From positions 32,001 to 96,000 of the IMG/VR virus record IMGVR_UViG_3300030390_001877: a stretch of 64,000 nucleotides of DNA, one strand, 5' to 3'. Position 1 is the first letter of the stretch. The number at the start of each line of letters is the position of its first letter. Below are positions 45,817-54,846 of this stretch, piece after piece. Both the position numbers and the translations under genes were made by a program. Under the pieces are notes generated by a model that ran no database searches, had not been told where the DNA came from, and was given only the letters and a program-made list of their open reading frames with translations. The stretch comes from a virus.

Positions 45817-46622
45817 TTTATAAAATCCTCGTGTTTTTCTTTAAATATTTTCAATGCTTCAGGTTGTCTACTGCCTTTGCAAAATCTGCTTATCATAGAT
45901 TCTGCTATACCTCGTTCAGATGAAATAAATTTCAAAGATTTTTTGTTTATTAATCTATCTTCTATAATATCAACAACATCATGTAGACCTAGTTTAGTTG
46001 TAGGATGTTTTCTTTTTATGAAATCTCCTTTCTTGAAACCTGTTATACTAGATAACCTTCTACCTGACAACCCATCCCATAGTGTATCTGGACTGGATAC
46101 AGTTAAGCCTAGATTTTCACATATACATTTATACTCTAATCCTGCATTAAAAAGAAATCCTACATATTTCCATTCATACTTGGTAAGGGAACTCAAGGTC
46201 TTCTCTTTTCCATAACTTTCTGCATAATATTTTATAGTATTAAACTCTGAGGTAACCCACTGTAAATTGTACCACATATTATTATCTTTTGTATTATCTA
46301 TATGGTCTATTACTAAACAAGAATTTTCATCAGGAGTGTCCACTAAAAAATGTAAAGCTACTAACCTGTGTACCCTCCTGTGTTTGTATTCCCTATTGCC
46401 ATGGGACATAGCTACCTCTTTATAACCATCCTTATCTGTTTTAGGTTTAAGTATACGTTCTCTTACTTTCTTAACACCTTCTATTCTATGGCGATTAACC
46501 CAAGGAGTCTCTCTTTTCAAACTCTTAACTCTTCCATAATTACTTATCTGATATTTACCTTCAAAGTCTTGGATATCTTTCCATTCTTCCTTAACAGGGA
46601 ATGCTATGTTATTCCAAATCAT
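45813..46622 (-). CDS. free-standing NUMOD4-HNH homing endonuclease
   Basis: EEWKDI..FEGKYQISNYGRVKS; VHRLVA; IDHIDN...NN...NLQW. Confidence 0.9.
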   Translation of the reverse strand: MIWNNIAFPVKEEWKDIQDFEGKYQISNYGRVKSLKRETPWVNRHRIEGVKKVRERILKPKTDKDGYKEVAMSHGNREYKHRRVHRLVALHFLVDTPDENSCLVIDHIDNTKDNNMWYNLQWVTSEFNTIKYYAESYGKEKTLSSLTKYEWKYVGFLFNAGLEYKCICENLGLTVSSPDTLWDGLSGRRLSSITGFKKGDFIKRKHPTTKLGLHDVVDIIEDRLINKKSLKFISSERGIAESMISRFCKGSRQPEALKIFKEKHEDFIK

Positions 46623-46788
46623 ATTATAAATTCCTCACATTATAATCTCCTTCCTCAAATTAATAAAAAGGAAAAGAACCTATCTGAGGAATACTATAGA
46701 TTCTCTTTTTCCACTCTCAGAAACCCTGTGATCAGCAGATGTCTCTCTTAGAAAGCGTCCTTCTCGAATTATCACTAATTCATCACAT

Positions 46789-46817
46789 ATCTTACCACAA
46801 AGAACACCCTCTGTCAA
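46789..46817 (-). promoter_or_regulatory. sigma70-like promoter upstream of HNH-terL
   Basis: TTGACA-N17-TAAGAT with TGn. Confidence 0.75.
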
Positions 46818-47026
46818 GAATAGACTTCCTCATCAGAATGCTTCTCATAAAGAACACCAAGATCTTCCAGAAGTTCTTTCTCTAAAGGAGACATATAGTC
46901 ATCTCCAACACTGCCTCTCACTACCTCAAGACTCTCTATAAAACGTTCAACCTCCTTCCAAGTAGCCCTCTTCCCAACAGCACTATCTTCATAACGACAT
47001 TTGTTTCTCTTAAAAATTTTATTCAC
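46814..47026 (-). CDS. hypothetical protein
   Basis: 70 aa, GTG start with SD. Confidence 0.55.
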   Translation of the reverse strand: MNKIFKRNKCRYEDSAVGKRATWKEVERFIESLEVVRGSVGDDYMSPLEKELLEDLGVLYEKHSDEEVYS

Positions 47027-47051
47027 AGCACACTCTCCTCTCTAAAACTCT

Positions 47052-47426
47052 TCAACTCTTCAACTTTCTACGAACATTCTTCTCAGCAGTACTACTCTTT
47101 GTATGGAAATTCTTTGTAGAAAGTTCTATATCTCTAGGGACATACACCCCTTCTACCATGATCATTTTTGGAAGTGTGTTTTCGTAATGATCCTTGTAAT
47201 CTCGGAATCCTTTACCATACTCACTTTCTTGCCCAAGACCATTTACCAGAATAATGAAATCTTTATAACCGTAATCTTTTAAATAAGATTCTGCTTCCAT
47301 AAAACCTTCATACCAAGAATCCCTCATCTCCCAAATTTTAACTCTAATAAAATCTATAACCACTATTATAAGGGAAATACTCGACACAATAACAATCACA
47401 CATACTAAGATTTGCATACCTAACAT
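47052..47426 (-). CDS. membrane-anchored hypothetical protein
   Basis: N-terminal TM helix. Confidence 0.65.
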   Translation of the reverse strand: MLGMQILVCVIVIVSSISLIIVVIDFIRVKIWEMRDSWYEGFMEAESYLKDYGYKDFIILVNGLGQESEYGKGFRDYKDHYENTLPKMIMVEGVYVPRDIELSTKNFHTKSSTAEKNVRRKLKS

Positions 47427-47453
47427 ATCACTCTCCTCAAATAAAACACTAAA

Positions 47454-47888
47454 TCAAACTCTCCACTTATAAAAGCAACCCTTCCATAAGCATCGCATCT
47501 TTACCCAAGAATAATACACACACTTTTTCCAGAAGTCAACCTTTGAATCAGATAATATTTTCCAATAGATTCTATGTATAGAAGGTTTATCGTATGCAAA
47601 GATTGTATGGTTCAAACGATACATCTGCCTGAGAACGTCTAACACTAACGAAGCAAGATATGTTTCGCTGTCACCAGCAGGAGTTACATTACTGCATAAA
47701 GTAAGTCCCTTATTCCAACAATACCCTTTAGAAACATATAAACTTCCATCAGGAGATAACCTTGCTAGGATCATTCTTCTTCCTTTACAGGATAAGGTAT
47801 ACTCTTTTCCAGAATACTCTGGAAGATGAAAGAACATTTCTTCTGAGGTGGTACTGTCATACTTCATAAGAGCGCTATCATATTTCAT
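47454..47888 (-). CDS. DUF1353-like protein (degenerate)
   Basis: VSKGYCW...TP...ASLVLD.LRQM resembles the GY.WDG...ASLVHD.LYQ pattern. Confidence 0.5.
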   Translation of the reverse strand: MKYDSALMKYDSTTSEEMFFHLPEYSGKEYTLSCKGRRMILARLSPDGSLYVSKGYCWNKGLTLCSNVTPAGDSETYLASLVLDVLRQMYRLNHTIFAYDKPSIHRIYWKILSDSKVDFWKKCVYYSWVKMRCLWKGCFYKWRV

Positions 47889-47925
47889 AAGAAGGTTTTC
47901 CTTTGTATCGGATTATTTATAAACT

Positions 47926-47953
47926 ATTATAAACTTGTTTAAGGGGTTGTCAA
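47926..47953 (-). promoter_or_regulatory. sigma70-like promoter
   Basis: TTGACA-N16-TATAAT. Confidence 0.75.
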
Positions 47954-47965
47954 ATTTCAGGCAAG

Positions 47966-48003
47966 AAAAAAGCCCTACGGCTACAATGAGCTTTCGGGCT
48001 TTG
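47966..48003 (-). terminator. intrinsic terminator
   Basis: AAAGCCC...GGGCTTTTTT. Confidence 0.65.
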
Positions 48004-48180
48004 AGGAGAGAGGAATGTTCACAAGGAGGGAGAGTGTGTGAGAAAGGTATTCCTCTTATGAGAGTTGTAATTTAATAATTACTATTGTTATGAAATGTGT
48101 GTTTATTTACAAACAGTAACTAGAAATGGTTACTTTTGGGAATGTAACTCTTATTGGTTACATAAATTCTTATGTAAAAC

Positions 48181-48729
48181 TTAGTTTAATTGAGACGGAT
48201 CTTCTTCCCAATCTGTATCTATAAGGTCTGCTGTTGAAAAAGCTTCTTCTTCCTCAGCACCACCTCCACCTTCTGCAAGAGCTTTCTTTGCTTCACGAGC
48301 TTCTTTCTTGAGGTATTTCTCGTACTCTGCAAGTTCTCGGATACGTTGCTCATTATTTTTTAGTACAGATTGAGATACACTGATTATTGTGTTTTCTTTA
48401 TACTTGTCAGGTTGATAAGCGTGTTCATATTGTTCAATCAAGAAAGGATTGTCTTTCCCCTCTGGTTGACTGAAATCAAACTTAGGATTCTCAACCCAAA
48501 CCTTTTCAGCTTTACCTTTATTCTTAGGGTTCATAACTTTATGACAATCATGCAACAACCATTTAAGTAAGTCAACAGCCTTATCAACATCCTTAGCCAT
48601 ATTCTTCTGGCTCTTATTCCATGCATTGATATGGTTGTTTGTCGCCTCTGTTGCGGTGCTGGGACGGCCATTCTCTATAGGAATAGGATCTGGAGCTAAT
48701 TTAATCTGAGGTTTATTGCCTTGTGCCAT
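48181..48729 (-). CDS. candidate terminase small subunit
   Basis: 182 aa, N-terminal GRP, helical core, acidic tail; ~2.4 kb upstream of terL. Weak positional call. Confidence 0.35.
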   Translation of the reverse strand: MAQGNKPQIKLAPDPIPIENGRPSTATEATNNHINAWNKSQKNMAKDVDKAVDLLKWLLHDCHKVMNPKNKGKAEKVWVENPKFDFSQPEGKDNPFLIEQYEHAYQPDKYKENTIISVSQSVLKNNEQRIRELAEYEKYLKKEAREAKKALAEGGGGAEEEEAFSTADLIDTDWEEDPSQLN

Positions 48730-48740
48730 AGTGTACTTCC

Positions 48741-49031
48741 TTAATAAATATCATTTTCTAAATCAGGAATGTCCAATCCAAGATCATATATATCCAGATA
48801 TTCTTCTTGCTCATCTTCCACGTTTACAAAATATTCGTTATCGAAGTATTGCACTCCTGAAGCAGCTATACACTTTGAACAGAGGTCTTCTTCTACGATA
48901 GGATAATCTGGGTTGCTACCATCTAAGGTGATCCAAGTCTTTTTAGAAGGGTCCGATTTATGTTGAGTGAGCACTCTTTTGAACATTCTTGTTGGGGCTA
49001 ACATGCCTCCACAGTTTGAGCGACAATGCAT
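48741..49031 (-). CDS. Zn-binding hypothetical protein
   Basis: CRSNC...CSKC. Confidence 0.65.
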   Translation of the reverse strand: MHCRSNCGGMLAPTRMFKRVLTQHKSDPSKKTWITLDGSNPDYPIVEEDLCSKCIAASGVQYFDNEYFVNVEDEQEEYLDIYDLGLDIPDLENDIY

Positions 49032-49242
49032 ATGTCTCTCCTTAAAATTTGTTATTGTTATTATAATTGTTGCTGAAAGAAGGTGTAAAAATACCTGCTA
49101 TTAGAGGTGATAACTTTACAATGTAATCCTTCCCAGCAGTAAAATCAATTAAGAAAAGGCTCTCTTATGAGAAAGAACCTTTGAGGAGAATGCCACCTTT
49201 CAGCAGCTATTATGAATTTTCTTAATTGATCTATTTGTAATA

Positions 49243-49271
49243 ATTATACTCTCTTGAAGTGTGTTTGTCAA
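49243..49271 (-). promoter_or_regulatory. sigma70-like promoter
   Basis: TTGACA-N17-TATAAT. Confidence 0.85.
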
Positions 49272-49363
49272 ATGTTATAACATCATCAACAATTCCTTGT
49301 GTCATTACCCTACTAAAGAGTATCCCCTGTAGAAGCACGTTTGTCAATGAATTCTTTTAAAAT

Positions 49364-49741
49364 TTAGTAATAACTATCTTTATCATTCATGTCTACAAAG
49401 TAAACTGCTTCTGAATACCAACCGTTGCTTTCACCATTCCATCTAATAGTGACACTACTTTTGAAAGTATCAATAACGTAGAATGTCCAAGTGCCACTCT
49501 CATCAATGCAATCTTCCATCTCACCAGACTCTTCTGAAGCACGTTCTACTTTCTGACCAACTAATTCTTGCAGATCACCACAAATATCTTCTATATAAAC
49601 TTGTTCACAACAATCTTGAGGGTGGTACATTTTATACTTACCACCACACGTTGTTTCAAAGCTAATAAAATCATCACCATCATCTTTGCTAAGCTCTACC
49701 TTGGAGATAATCTTACCTACTAAAATTTCTATTTCACTCAT
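49364..49741 (-). CDS. hypothetical protein (acidic, phage-type)
   Basis: YHPQDCCE and WNGESNGWYS motifs. Confidence 0.75.
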   Translation of the reverse strand: MSEIEILVGKIISKVELSKDDGDDFISFETTCGGKYKMYHPQDCCEQVYIEDICGDLQELVGQKVERASEESGEMEDCIDESGTWTFYVIDTFKSSVTIRWNGESNGWYSEAVYFVDMNDKDSYY

Positions 49742-49943
49742 ATATTCTCTCCTCTTTTAAAAATAAATAACCCTATCCAAGCAGCGAAACTTGTGAGAGG
49801 CGGGTTAATTCTCTCATAAAGACACCTTGCTCATAAGAACAACGGTTTCCTAAGGTATTTTGTTGAAGCTTCAGGGCTGTTACGAATCTAACGTAATCCA
49901 TAAGAACCTAAGTCACCTTATGAAGCACCACTTCATATTTCAA

Positions 49944-49972
49944 AGTATATACCCTTTCTTAGAGTTTGTCAA
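49944..49972 (-). promoter_or_regulatory. sigma70-like promoter
   Basis: TTGACA-N17-TATACT. Confidence 0.8.
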
Positions 49973-49998
49973 CCTTTTTAAAACTAACACTCCTGAGC

Positions 49999-50886
49999 TT
50001 AAACTCCCTCTCCAGAAAGTAATCCCTTCACATAAGCAAGCTCGTCAGGGTTTCTCCATTGCAAAGTATTTACTGCCCACTGTACATAACCTCTGTCAGA
50101 AACAACACTCTCTTTCCAGCTACCTCCTTTCAGCTTACCAAACCCTACCACATCAAGTTGCTCTTCTTTCAAATAAGAGTACTCTTCTAAAAGTGTTTCT
50201 AGATAAGAAAGTTCCTCTTCTGAAAGGTCTGTGTTGTTGAAAGTGTATTCTACATAATCATAATCTTCAAGGATAATATCTTTCCAAGAGGTTCCTCTTT
50301 CATACTTCTTGCCTCCTTTACAGACAGTTGGATCATATAACAAGGTGTACGCTTCGTCAATAGTTAATTCGTTTTGAATAAGCATATGTTCTAAGACGAG
50401 TCCTGTTATAAAACAATCATATAGCGCAGAGTGCCAGTTCCCTTCAAAAGACTTCACTCTTTCATCTTGATCCAATCCAAACGTGTAGAAGAGGACACCC
50501 AGTTTATGAGAAGCCACTGTTCCTTTAGGGTATAACATTCTTGCAAGTTTTAATGTGCATAAACGTTTAATCCCTTCTGGAAAATAACTCTCTGGAAGAA
50601 CAGCTTCTTCATAGGAAAGATTATGAGCAACAACATAATCACTTTCAGCAAGAGAACACTTTGGTAACACAGCCTCTAACAGAGGCTTCCCTTTCACCAT
50701 ATCTTCTGTTATGTGATGAACGTTCATTGCTTCAAAGTCAATCTTCTGTTGCGGATCAACTACCTCCGAGTAAGACTCTTCTAAAACGAGATTGCTTCCA
50801 GAAGTTGTAAACTTTGCAATACCCATTTCGCAAATATTACCTTTCATAGATGCTGTTTCTGTGTCGATTATTGATATTTTATTCAT
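49999..50886 (-). CDS. DEDDh 3'-5' exonuclease (ExoX / DnaQ-like)
   Basis: IDTET, AHN..YE, HSALYD; duplicated C-terminal GK..G..W.D...D..YV motif. Confidence 0.9.
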   Translation of the reverse strand: MNKISIIDTETASMKGNICEMGIAKFTTSGSNLVLEESYSEVVDPQQKIDFEAMNVHHITEDMVKGKPLLEAVLPKCSLAESDYVVAHNLSYEEAVLPESYFPEGIKRLCTLKLARMLYPKGTVASHKLGVLFYTFGLDQDERVKSFEGNWHSALYDCFITGLVLEHMLIQNELTIDEAYTLLYDPTVCKGGKKYERGTSWKDIILEDYDYVEYTFNNTDLSEEELSYLETLLEEYSYLKEEQLDVVGFGKLKGGSWKESVVSDRGYVQWAVNTLQWRNPDELAYVKGLLSGEGV

Positions 50887-51292
50887 TTAAAAGTTCCTTC
50901 TTCAAATCATCAGTTAACTCAACAATTAATTCCTCTACTTCACCTACTTCAAAGAATTTAGGTTCAATATTGTGCAGCTTAGCCCAATCGCAAATAACCC
51001 TTTCTAGATCATCCTTCTGTTCCTCAGTAACATCATCAAGATAACCTTCTGCAAATTCATGATCATCATAAGCCCATTCTGAAATACTGTCAAGGATACT
51101 GCTAACATTAACATATCTACTAAAATCTACTTTGTTAACAACACCTTTGTATAAAGTGAGACTACTTGAATCTAATATTTCCGACACTTCCATATCACTT
51201 ACAAGTTGTAATAACACTTCTTCAAGAGATTCTTCTGCATGAGTCCAATCATCTTCCGAGGTGTTGTATATAATAGTTTTATCTTTAATCAT
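50879..51292 (-). CDS. hypothetical protein
   Basis: 137 aa, acidic, coupled. Confidence 0.7.
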   Translation of the reverse strand: MIKDKTIIYNTSEDDWTHAEESLEEVLLQLVSDMEVSEILDSSSLTLYKGVVNKVDFSRYVNVSSILDSISEWAYDDHEFAEGYLDDVTEEQKDDLERVICDWAKLHNIEPKFFEVGEVEELIVELTDDLKKELLNE

Positions 51293-51696
51293 AGCTTACT
51301 CTCCTCAATATCAGCCATCTTGTCAGTAAGATTACCTAGTAGCTGCTGCACCTTCTTGCGATCCTTTAAAGATTCGTTCCTGTATTCGAAATAATCATCT
51401 ATCTGATTAACAAAATTTCTATATGCCCAACGGTAACGTTCTTCTTTACGTGTACTTTCTAGAAGCTCGTCATATGTAGGACAGACTGCATACTTGTTAC
51501 AAGAGTCACCTTTCTCGCCATGAGTATATCTCACAGGTAATCCACAATTACATTTTAATTCTTTAAAAGAAACAACCCCTTCTCTAACCAATTCCTCTAA
51601 CAGATTCTCACTATCTTTTAAGTTGAATTCTTCTGTTGTACATAACACGTTGGAAATATTATTATGTATTAGTTTAATGCAATCTTGTTTATTCAT
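51289..51696 (-). CDS. hypothetical protein
   Basis: 135 aa with a CNC..HG...C...C cluster. Confidence 0.7.
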   Translation of the reverse strand: MNKQDCIKLIHNNISNVLCTTEEFNLKDSENLLEELVREGVVSFKELKCNCGLPVRYTHGEKGDSCNKYAVCPTYDELLESTRKEERYRWAYRNFVNQIDDYFEYRNESLKDRKKVQQLLGNLTDKMADIEESKL

Positions 51697-51706
51697 CCGT
51701 TTTCTC

Positions 51707-52117
51707 CTAATAATTAAACACTTTTACATGCTTATCTAATTTTGTCATATAGTCTATCATATCTTTAGTTCCTTTAGAAACACTATTCCAAAATGCTATA
51801 AGATGTGTCCCTGTACCACCCATTTCATGATTCCGATCTATACCTGCTTTAGCGTTGTATTCTTTTCCAAACTTATTGACTTTTATGACAGCATCTGGTT
51901 TTGAAATGTCATCCCAGTCGGGTATAAAGTATTCTATCTTAACCCCTTCGTGTTTGTGTAACTCATACCACTTCTCTCCACAAGTATCTCCTCCTAAAGC
52001 TTTACCACATATGATAGTGATATTTTCTTTAGGGGTGTTTCTTGTCATGTGGTCTATACACTTAAAACCATACTCGAAGTTTTTAAAGTCTCTACCTCCT
52101 GCTACTATCAGTCTCAT
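51707..52117 (-). CDS. SLOG-family (YspA/DUF2493-like) protein
   Basis: LIVAGGRDF; ICGKALGGD; AG..RN.EM; AFW...SKGT.DMI. Confidence 0.85.
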   Translation of the reverse strand: MRLIVAGGRDFKNFEYGFKCIDHMTRNTPKENITIICGKALGGDTCGEKWYELHKHEGVKIEYFIPDWDDISKPDAVIKVNKFGKEYNAKAGIDRNHEMGGTGTHLIAFWNSVSKGTKDMIDYMTKLDKHVKVFNY

Positions 52118-53532
52118 TATAGTATCCCTTTCTCAGATAACCACTCTATTGCCTTCGTATGAGGTTTAATATGCGATTTAATATTTGTATGTTGTAAAGG
52201 GTATTTCAGGTGTATGAGGTCAACACTTGTAAAACGACTTAAAGCTACATAAGCACTATTAACACCCCAATCATTATCTTCATCTGTCATATCAAAACCC
52301 TTATAACTAATGTCTACAACAGCAGGAACATCAAGAGTACGACCTTGCATACGATGTATGCTAAAAGCTGCGGCTACTTTAACAGGGAGACAAACTGCCC
52401 TACCAATAACCTTACTATCTAATATAGCTTTCTCTACACCATCTTCTCCCTTTTCTGTAGATAAGAAAGATTCTCTTTGTTCAAACTCGAACATATCTAC
52501 GAAGTGTGTTTCACCTACAGAAGGAAAATGTATAAAAACCCCATCACTTAAACATTCCTCTACATAACCAAAACTTCCGTTACTGTAATCATCTGTATTA
52601 ACCAAGGTGATTACAGGAAGACCTTTCTTCAAAATAAGATTCTCATCAACAGGACAATCTTTCATATTAAATTCTCCTGTAATCTTAGCTTTATATGAGA
52701 AAGGGGGCTCTGGGTTACTACGTACTGCCATAGCGTTTGCTTCATCCACACGTTTATTAGTTGTAGTTACTAAAGGTAACCCCTCTGGTAATGCCCAAGA
52801 GTGACGTCTATTAATCCACTTAATACAGTTAGGGTAACGCTCTTCTTGTCCATAACGCATTACATTCAAGCACTCTTGGAATGTCTTTTCCGAAGTACGT
52901 AAAGGTTTAGTAAAATTATGGACTATGAAATCTAACTTCTTAAAAGGTTTACTTTCAAAAAGAAGATGGCTTCCATATTTACTGTTCAAATAATTCTTAT
53001 CTTGTTGATTTAAAACAGGGAGTAATTGAAGAAAATCTCCCTGCAAGATAAGTTTTATATTACGTTTCTTACGTTTACCTTTGATAGGTTTATTAAATCT
53101 TTCTAATCGCAACCTGATTAATTCAAGCTGATCTGGATTTAACATACCACACTCTTCAACTACAACATACTCGACAAGATCTGTTGGTGCGAATAATCCT
53201 GTACAATAAGGTTTAACTTTAGAAACATCCTTATCTTTAAACATACCTAAGCTTAAAGAGAAAACCCTGTGAGCTGTTCCATCCCCTCCTTTATTATTAA
53301 ATAGTATAGAGTTAGCGATACCTGTTGTCGCACAGATGATTAACTTATCTTTTAAATATGCTTTCAAAGCTTCTAAGGTTACACTCTTACCAAAACCAGC
53401 AGGGGAAAGATTGATTACATGTCCTTTATCCTTATCAACACAATCTCTCACATAATCTTTCTGCTCTTCTGTGAGGGGATATTTACCGTCATGTAAATAC
53501 CCTTCTAAGAACTCTTCTAAACCTTCACTCAA
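52117..53532 (-). CDS. Pif1/RecD-like SF1B DNA helicase
   Basis: Walker A SPAGFGKS; TGIA; VVEEC.M; GDFLQL.PV; SIHRMQGRT; YVALSR. Start re-called at TTG 53532. Confidence 0.9.
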   Translation of the reverse strand: MSEGLEEFLEGYLHDGKYPLTEEQKDYVRDCVDKDKGHVINLSPAGFGKSVTLEALKAYLKDKLIICATTGIANSILFNNKGGDGTAHRVFSLSLGMFKDKDVSKVKPYCTGLFAPTDLVEYVVVEECGMLNPDQLELIRLRLERFNKPIKGKRKKRNIKLILQGDFLQLLPVLNQQDKNYLNSKYGSHLLFESKPFKKLDFIVHNFTKPLRTSEKTFQECLNVMRYGQEERYPNCIKWINRRHSWALPEGLPLVTTTNKRVDEANAMAVRSNPEPPFSYKAKITGEFNMKDCPVDENLILKKGLPVITLVNTDDYSNGSFGYVEECLSDGVFIHFPSVGETHFVDMFEFEQRESFLSTEKGEDGVEKAILDSKVIGRAVCLPVKVAAAFSIHRMQGRTLDVPAVVDISYKGFDMTDEDNDWGVNSAYVALSRFTSVDLIHLKYPLQHTNIKSHIKPHTKAIEWLSEKGIL

Positions 53533-53753
53533 ATCTTCTCCTCCAAACGTTTCAAATGTTCTAAATAACTCTCTGCTCCAGAAAACCACTCTCTATCAAA
53601 AGTATATTCATCAGAAAACTCTCCTGAATAATATAACTCCCACTCAAGGGTTTTTATTCCAGAAGGATCATCTTCAAAGAATGTACCTTTTTCAATATAT
53701 TCTTCTGCCCATAATAATCCTTCCATCCAAGGTGATTTTCTCATCAATCCCAT
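53529..53753 (-). CDS. hypothetical protein
   Basis: 74 aa, coupled. Confidence 0.6.
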   Translation of the reverse strand: MGLMRKSPWMEGLLWAEEYIEKGTFFEDDPSGIKTLEWELYYSGEFSDEYTFDREWFSGAESYLEHLKRLEEKI

Positions 53754-54304
53754 CCTCTTAAACGTTTAATCTCACTCAAACTAATAGGTTTGTAATCAAT
53801 GTTCTCACACGATACACAGAAGTAACGTTGATCAATAAGAGAAGTTACAATATTACCTTTTCGATCTTCTATATCATCGCTAACCTGTTTATCATGTAAA
53901 TGCCCATGAATGCAATTCCCTCGGTAGAGTTCGTAATCTGGAACAGGTACATGTGTTAACCACAGTCCAAACTTCTTCAATACTCCGAATACATTTACAT
54001 TCTTAAATTGTAATGCATATCGTGGGAGTCCTGAATGACAATGGTTACCTAAAACTAGGTTAACTTGCTGATATTTAAGTCGATACTCTTCTAATCTCCA
54101 AAATTCCCTTGTCTTAAAGAAACTATCCCCTAGTATCCACAATGTTTTCTGACGGTTACCTTCTTCTAAAATGTTGTTGTGAATATAGTTATTGTGATCC
54201 TCGTCTGAACTAAACTGTTCTCTGAATTTATCAGAAATACCGTTGTGTCCGAAATGAGTATCCGCAATAAATGCATGCCTTTCTTCTGAAATTAAATCAC
54301 TCAT
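53744..54304 (-). CDS. calcineurin-like metallophosphoesterase
   Basis: IADTHFGH, ILGD, LGNH, TH.P, IHGHLH. Confidence 0.9.
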   Translation of the reverse strand: MSDLISEERHAFIADTHFGHNGISDKFREQFSSDEDHNNYIHNNILEEGNRQKTLWILGDSFFKTREFWRLEEYRLKYQQVNLVLGNHCHSGLPRYALQFKNVNVFGVLKKFGLWLTHVPVPDYELYRGNCIHGHLHDKQVSDDIEDRKGNIVTSLIDQRYFCVSCENIDYKPISLSEIKRLRGWD

Positions 54305-54843
54305 AAATCCTCCCTCCAAACTAATTCACCTTTCGCAATAGATTCTAACAATCCACGGAATTCATAACTTCTACATAGGCTATCTACATAAACACGGCAA
54401 TTCTCTCCACGAATATATTTCCCATCAATATACTTGTTAGCATCATCCATTGTCAAGAAAATATTATGTGTTTCCCAGCGAGGGTTCCCGTGTAGGTAGC
54501 TCCATCCTCCGTGAGGATCTATTTGTTCAAGGGTTTGGTACGCATCGTATAAATTCGTATGACACTCTAAGAAATCTTTCTTAGAAAGGCAGTATGTATT
54601 TTTAAACAAATATCTCCACTCTTCTTCATCATAATCATCTACAAATTCTTCTACGCTATCATAACCACTTTCATCACAAGAATTGTAAAGCTGATGTAAC
54701 TCTGCATATTCTTCTTCGTAACCCCAATCAACCTTCTTAGCTTGAACTAAGTATATAGGAGCTGCTGTACAAAGATTATCTTCGTGAAGAATATGATGTT
54801 TGTGTAAGCGTGTTTGTAACTTTTCATAAGACTCTTTATTCAT
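54301..54843 (-). CDS. hypothetical protein
   Basis: 180 aa; TAAPIY motif. Confidence 0.7.
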   Translation of the reverse strand: MNKESYEKLQTRLHKHHILHEDNLCTAAPIYLVQAKKVDWGYEEEYAELHQLYNSCDESGYDSVEEFVDDYDEEEWRYLFKNTYCLSKKDFLECHTNLYDAYQTLEQIDPHGGWSYLHGNPRWETHNIFLTMDDANKYIDGKYIRGENCRVYVDSLCRSYEFRGLLESIAKGELVWREDL

Positions 54844-54846
54844 AAT

